This document shows positions 57,601-64,000 of a stretch of DNA of 64,000 nucleotides, piece by piece (position 1 is the stretch's first letter; every line of letters starts with the position of its first letter). A program made the position numbers and the translations under genes. This stretch comes from Eledone cirrhosa (taxonomy: Eukaryota), in assembly GCA_964016885.1 (NCBI GenBank), contig OZ024743.1, positions 101,308,001-101,372,000 of the forward strand, read 5' to 3'. The notes under the pieces were generated by a model. It did not search any database. It was not told where the DNA came from and was given only the letters and a program-made list of their open reading frames with translations.

Positions 57601-60331
57601 ATACATTTTCCATATAAAAAAACAATTTAGTCATGAATCGTATAGAAGTAGCCAACTAAAAGGAAGTAACAATGTTTACCTTAGTGATGTATTCTTGAGG
57701 TGAGAGACTAAATGCTGGGAGGTCAGAGGTTATAGCTGTTCCTGCACTCAGTGATGTCCACACCTGGAAATTTAGAGAATACAAACAGAATTTAAAAAAA
57801 AACAATAAATTGTTTTCTTTTTTTTAAAATAATTTATTGATTATAGAATTTTATTTACATAAATATATCACATAGAAAACAGGAAAAGAAAAAAATTAAA
57901 TAATTGTTTCTACTTTTGGCAGCAATTACCTATTGACTCCGTAAGGATGAAAAGCAAAGCTAACCTCGGCGGGATTTGAACTCAGAACGTAAAGGGCCAT
58001 AACTCTATGCTGCAAAACATGGTGTCTGACACTCTACCGATACTGCCAATCTCCCAAATTAAATAATGAAAAACAGGCAGACACTACAGCCTTGGCTAGA
58101 TGTTATATCTTAGTTTCTCCTCATGGACAAGATGGGGAAAACATTTCTGTGAAGAACCACAAGTAATACCTGTTGCATCAGTCATCCCTTCCTCAGGTAA
58201 GATGCCTCTTGCCCGATTTTTCAGAGGAAAGCAGCAGTCTGGGAACCGAAGACACTAGAGTTCTCAATGGAGACCAACATGAAAAAGAAGCAGTTGATCA
58301 AGTCCTAGTATTTGGATATCTTCCGCTCTTCTATGTATGGCCAACAAGTGTTTGGGCTTATTGCCAAAGCGACAAAATTGGAGCCAAAGCGACATCTCTG
58401 ATTAGAGATTTACCCACCCCTTGAACAGGAAAAGGATTATTCCATCTGGGCCCTTCTTGTCACTATGGCTGAGGCTGGCAGGCTCCAGTTGTGATGCAAA
58501 ACCTGCTGCATCTATTAGCTTTTCAATGAGGGTTTCTAAACTTAATTCTTATTGGTTGTTTTAGTTTCTTTTGTACAGGAGAGAAGTTGCTGGAAGATCT
58601 ATTTTCTTGTTAATAATTAAGAGACCATATTAACCCTTTTGATCCCGAAATGTCCCAAACTGTTTCTGGTTCTACAATACAAAACTGTTTATATTTATCT
58701 AAAGACTTTCCATCATAATTTTATGTAAAGGACTTTAAGTTTGTTCCAAACACAAGTTTAATAATGAGAAAGTTATCTTACTAAATTCCTCCTAATTCTT
58801 AATTATTTTCAAAATTAATTGATGAATACAGACAGTGCCTTTCATTAGAAGTATGCCATTTTTCATTTAATATTTATACAGATTCAGTTATATTGCAGTT
58901 GTAATATTTATTCTTCTAATATATATTTCTCTAATAATCACATGCAACTGGAATTGGTAAAGTTTATAACAGTTAGGCTCATGAGACCAAAGCTTACTTC
59001 CAATTTCAATGGGCTTAAGCAACTGGCAGTCCATAGCAGGGTTAACTGCAGCTGCAACAGATACTCACTTTTTCCAGCTGAGTAGTCTGGAACAGTGTGA
59101 AATAAAGTATCTTGCTCAGGGATATAACACACTCCCCAGTCTGAGATTGAACTCATGACCTTGTGATCAAGAGTCCAACAACTTAATCACAAGGTCCCAT
59201 ACCTTCACTTAAGGTTTATAAACTCAATATAAAGCAAGCTTCACTAACCTCCATGTCAGCCATACCAATAAGATGTTTCTTGAGCTGAGCAAAGACAATA
59301 TCAAATCCAAACTTGTGAACCTCCTGACTCAGTTTAAACATCTCCTTGGTGACATCAGACAACACTGATGGTGTATCACCTAATAAAGAAGAGACATTTA
59401 ATAATAATTGTTTCTACTTTTGGCACATACCTAGCAAATTTGAAGGGAAGGGGAAAGGTGATCAACCCCAGTGCATTACTGGTACTTTATGTTATCAACC
59501 CAGTAAGAATGAAAGATAAAGCTAACCTCAGCAGGATTTCAACTCTGTAAAGGGCTAGAACAAATGCTACAATAGCATTTACCCAACACTCTACCAATTC
59601 TGCTAGTTCACCACCCTTATTACTTTATAATAATGGTTTCTAAAGGCACAAGGCCAGCAACAAGATTCAAAATCAAAAGGCAGTCAAGGATATGAAGACA
59701 AGCATGGCAGCTGAACCTTGGAGCATAGTTGTTAAGATGTTGAAAGGATCTGGAATGGTGGGACATACCATAATCACCTGTATTGTAAACCAAGTAATAC
59801 AAAATGGTGTCTGACCCTGGTATAGCTGCATCATCAACAACTGCTACAAGTGCAAATGAGATGCTCAAGACAGAGAAAACTATAGAAGCATTAACTTGGT
59901 TGACAGGTTATGAAAGAGTTATAGCATAGCTGATTAGGGATCAAGTTAACCTAGATGAGGTGCGGTTTGGATTTATGCCAGGTAAAAGTATCACAGATGC
60001 CTGCTTTCTTGTGAGGCAACTGCAGAAGTACCTCACTAAAGGTAAACCCCCCTACTTGGCTTTGGTTGGCACAAGACTATAGTATAATAGACTTGTTCAA
60101 AGAGCCACACAGTAGGATAGAACACAAAGCCACATGGTTACAAAGCAAACCTCTTAACCACAGAGCCATACCTGCATCTATATAAAAATAAAACCAATCT
60201 TCAATGATGTAGTTTGAAAGTATTTACCTTCCTAAAGCTTCAAAACAAACTCTTCCAGAATCTCAATATCTGCTTCATCTTCCAATAAGATAGAGGCATG
60301 CCGATGGAAGAGTGACACTTTCTTATCAGTC
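54625..60331 (-). CDS. COG7: Conserved oligomeric Golgi complex subunit 7, last six coding exons (60228-60331, 59249-59379, 57680-57763, 56698-56812, 55899-56030, 54625-54788); upstream exons lie beyond the window
   Basis: Spliced translation ...[20 protein letters not shown]|[28 protein letters not shown]|[15 protein letters not shown]...LQHGRLPY|..[13 protein letters not shown]...[13 protein letters not shown]|[12 protein letters not shown]...[16 protein letters not shown] matches the COG7 C-terminus as I recall it. Introns are GT-AG with consistent phases; one in-frame TAG at 60232-60234. Confidence 0.9.
54860..55510 (-). mobile_element. Degenerate RTE LINE fragment (related pieces at ~51250-51670 on -, ~56900-57110 on +, ~59690-60070 on +)
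   Basis: LQGSEIWPL...[11 protein letters not shown] and [11 protein letters not shown] motifs are typical of the RTE C-terminus. Confidence 0.65.
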
Positions 60332-60772
60332 CTGTAGAAATACAAAAGACATTGAAATATCAGAACAATTGAATTTCATTTACCATACCATATTTTTAAT
60401 GGAAATAATCAAGTATTTGAAGAGGTTTAGTAAAATAACTAACCTTGTTATTAAGATGGTGTATGGAATATAACTTAACAAAGGTTCTTACATAAAATTA
60501 TAATTGTTTCTACTTTTGGCACAAGGCCAGCAATTAAACAGTGCATTACTGGTACTTTATTTTATCGACCTCGTAAGGATGAAAAGCAAAGTTAATAACC
60601 ACAATAATAATAATAATAGAAACATTAAGTGAGATAGCTTTTTCTAACCACAAGCTATTTCGGCACTGGAAACTGAGATCTGATTGAAAAAAAAAAAAAA
60701 AAAAAAGCTACTGGAAAAACAGAGAGGAGTCTGTTGTTTTTTTTTATCACGTACCGCAAGACAAATTAGGAT

Positions 60773-63700
60773 ATGGCGACGAGACTACGAACAAGCGAAG
60801 CGATCAGGGCATTTACCGGTGAAGGTGATGTCGCTTGGCTGCGAAAAGTCCGGCTAGTCGCAAGCTTACAGAAGATAGAAGATGTGGCTGGCCTCATGGC
60901 ACTGTACCTCGAGGGGGACACGTTGGTACTCTTCCTTGAGTTGGATGAACACAGCCAAAGAGATGCGCAAAAGATTGAGAGGCGCATGATGGAAGCGTTC
61001 GCAGAGGGACCGTTAGCCGCTTTCGCTAAGCTGGCAAGAATTAGATGGAACGGTGAACGCGTTGACATTTTCGCAGCGGAAATACGGCGATTGGCCATGT
61101 TGGCTGGATATCAGGTGGAATGCGAACGCACGGTGCGGTTGGCGTTCATAAATGGATTTCCAGACGACATAGCGGTGAAACTGCAGCAAGTCCCGGGTTA
61201 CAAAGAAATGGAAATGTGTTCACTGGTGGAACAAGCCTGGATCATAGCAGAAGATACCAAGAAGAGTGTCGCGGCAATAGCAACTACAGAGGCTCAAGAC
61301 AGCTGGCAGCGAAATGGTGAAAGGGAGGCAACCACGGCACACAGTCGCTGTTTTAGGTACCAGGGCCCGCACATGGCTAGAGACTGTAGAGAGTCAAGGC
61401 CGGAAATAATATGCTACCGGTGTAAGCGACCAGGCCACATCGCTACTAACTGCAACCAGGGAAACGATCCAAGGGGAAATACTGTGCCGGTAGTTGCCCC
61501 TTACAACGTCGGTGTGTCGTTTGGTGCTGCTGCATCAGTATGCGCTGTGAGTACGCGACAGGAGAACCAGAAGGCCCACGAGGAGAAATACCCCGCTTAC
61601 ACTGTGCAGGACAAAGACTTCAAGGCCGTGTTCGATGGGCAGCGATGGGTTGTTGAGTGGTACTGGAAGGAGGAACCACCAACACTGAAGACCAAAGTGG
61701 GCTGCTATCAACACACATTGAAGGGAAACATTAGGAGCAAGTTCGAGCAAGAGGTAGAGAGATGGATTGAGGAGGGCATACTGCTTCCCTGGAAAGAGGA
61801 GGTGAAGTGCGGAGTATTGCTGTTAATGGCGGTGGCACAACCCACAAAGAACAAGGTGAGGCCGGTGCTGGACTTTCAGGAGCTGAACGAGCACGTGTCA
61901 TGCCACATGGGTGGCGAGGTCACGGATGTCTGTGGGGAAACTCTGCGTGAGTGGAGACGCATGACGGGGGGTTCAGCAATCGTAGATCTAAAGTCGGCAT
62001 ACTTGCAATTGCATATAGATGAGAAGCTCTGGCAGTATCAGCTGGTCAGGTATAAGGGCCGGACATATTGCCTGACCAGGCTCGGTTTCGGGCTGAGCTC
62101 CGCACCGAAGATCATGGCGGCGGTTCTCAAGACCATTCTGGGAAAGGCCGACAAGATGAAGAGGGCCACTAACTCCTACATTGACGACATCCTAGTGGAC
62201 GAGTCTGTGGTGTCGGCGGCGGAGGTCACAAGCCATTTACAGGTGTATGGACTAGCTGCGAAGCCGTCAGAAGCGTTGGAGGGAGGAGCCACGCTGGGAC
62301 TTAGGCTACGGTGAGACAGGATGGGCGTCTTGGTATTCCAGAGGGGAAATGAAGTTCCAGAACTGGGCCCAAGTATGAGTAGGCGGGAGCCTTTCTCAGT
62401 GTGTGGGAAGTTGGTGGGTCACTCCGGACGGCATGCAGCTATGTCAAGAGACGAGCGGGAGGAGTGACTTGGAGTGACAGAGTGGGAGAGAGGACGGTGG
62501 CCATGATGCAGGAGATCGTGGGGAGGGTGAAGGCCGACGACCCAGTGCGGGGATGCTGGTATGTTCTCAAATCGCAGAGTGGGACTGTATGGTGCGATGC
62601 CAGCAGCATAGCGCTGGGTGTCACGTTGGAGATAGGAGGTGTTGAGGTCGAGGATGCAGCCTGGCTTAGGAAGAAGGACGACTGCAACCACATCAATGTG
62701 GCCAAACTGGACGCAGTGTTGAGAGGGGTGAACCTCGCCCTGAAGTGGGGACTGTGCACCATCGAGATACGCACCGACTTGGCTACTGTACTCGGATGGG
62801 TGAGATCAGTGCTCACCATTGAGAAGAGTGCGAACGAGAGGGGCAGCAGAGATGCTGATAAAGCGCCTGGGGAACTTTAGGAGAGCTGGCCACCGAGTTC
62901 GACCTGAGGCTGAGCGTAGTTTTCGTGCCTTCAGAGAAAAATAGGGCGGACGTCTTAACTAGGGTGAAGAAAGCCTGGATGGAAGCGCCGGAGGAGGTAG
63001 ATGAGATAGCTGCCGTGTGTCAGCTGACTGAGTCGGATCTGAAAGGGTTTCATGACATGCACCACATGAGAGTGGATAGGTGCCTGTTCCTAGCCAGGAG
63101 AATCGACTCGGACGTTAACAGACACAGTGTTCAAAGGGTGGTTAGCGGCTGCGTCCGACATCAGTCCATTGATCCCGCCCTGGGTGTGCACGAAACGGGA
63201 AGCCTCCCGGTGGATCGCGACTAGAAGCGATTGGCAGTGGATGTAACACACTACCGACAGGGAACGTACCTCTCAATGGTCGACTGTGGACCAGGACGGA
63301 TGGCGATATGGAGGGAGATGAAGACTGGAATGGTCGAGGAAATCATGCGGACGTTAAGAGAAGTGTTCTTGGAGCGGGGCCCTGTGGACGAACTGCTGAT
63401 GGACAACAGCGCAGCGTTCCGCTCGGAGGCGCTGAGAGAGATGCTCGATGGATGGAAGGTGGACCGTTTCTTCAGAGCAGCGCACAGGCCGAGCGGGAAT
63501 GGAATTGTGGAGCGACACCACCGGACGATCAAGGCAATGGCAGAGCGGGGCCATATCTCACCAATGGAGACAGTGTTCTGGTACAACATGTCCCCTCGGG
63601 TGGGACAGGTTGAGGAATCGGTGCCACACAGAGCAGTATTCAGATATAAGTGCACGCCACCACAATGGCCAGTGGGGAGAGAGAGTGCATTCGTGCAGGT

Positions 63701-64000
63701 GGGCGAAGAAGTCTGGGTTAAGCCCCCAGATGCACGTTGCACATCTCAATGGGGAAGAGGAACGGTGATGGCCGTAAATTCCCAGAACAATGTGTCCGTG
63801 GGCGGAGTACCACGTCATGTCCTGGATGTCCGTAGAATCACAAAGTGCCGCCCCAACACTGCGGAGATCGCAAAGAAGTCGCAAACCACCAACCTGGACA
63901 GCAGACTTTCATATGCAGAAGGACGAGGGGGAAATTGATCCTTGAGATCAGGGGGGCGTGTGGGTATGGTGTGGCGTGCGGTGGCCGGAAGCGGGGGAGT
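60773..64000 (+). mobile_element. Gypsy/Ty3 LTR retrotransposon (decayed) in a COG7 intron, antisense to the gene
   Basis: Gag with zinc knuckles (CFRYQGPHMARDC, CYRCKRPGHIATNC); RT (VRPVLDF, DLKSAYLQ, RLGFGL, YIDD); RNase H (WCDASS, HINVAKL, NRADVLTR); integrase (AVDVT, MDN, GNGIVER). PPT AGGGGGGCG, then the 3' LTR starting TG at ~63959. In-frame stops at 62312 and 63222. Confidence 0.93.

Noticed and set aside
60774-60783. TGGCGACGAG as a Gypsy primer binding site
   Set aside because: Only 10 nt, overlaps the gag ATG, and no LTR lies immediately upstream.

Overview
AT-rich, microsatellite-dense eukaryotic DNA. Its SINE, RTE and Penelope repeat content resembles an octopus/coleoid cephalopod genome (inferred from repeat style, not verified). 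Positions 1-42,500 are almost entirely nested transposons: three Helitrons, an inverted Penelope-like element, a non-autonomous LTR element with a tRNA-Trp primer site, two Tx1-clade LINEs (one with an intact ORF2) associated with a hAT-like repeat, many copies of a tRNA-derived SINE, and several type I hammerhead ribozyme motifs. Two spliced host genes converge in the right third. On + is a 7-exon, 202-aa gene (43733-50826) in which a complete N-terminal CARD domain is spliced in frame to RNA polymerase I/III subunit RPAC2/POLR1D (AC19); this is the most unusual feature of the window. On - are the last six exons of COG7 (54625-60331), one with an in-frame TAG. A Gypsy element fills the next COG7 intron up to the window edge. 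All calls come from manual reading and translation; no database searches were run.
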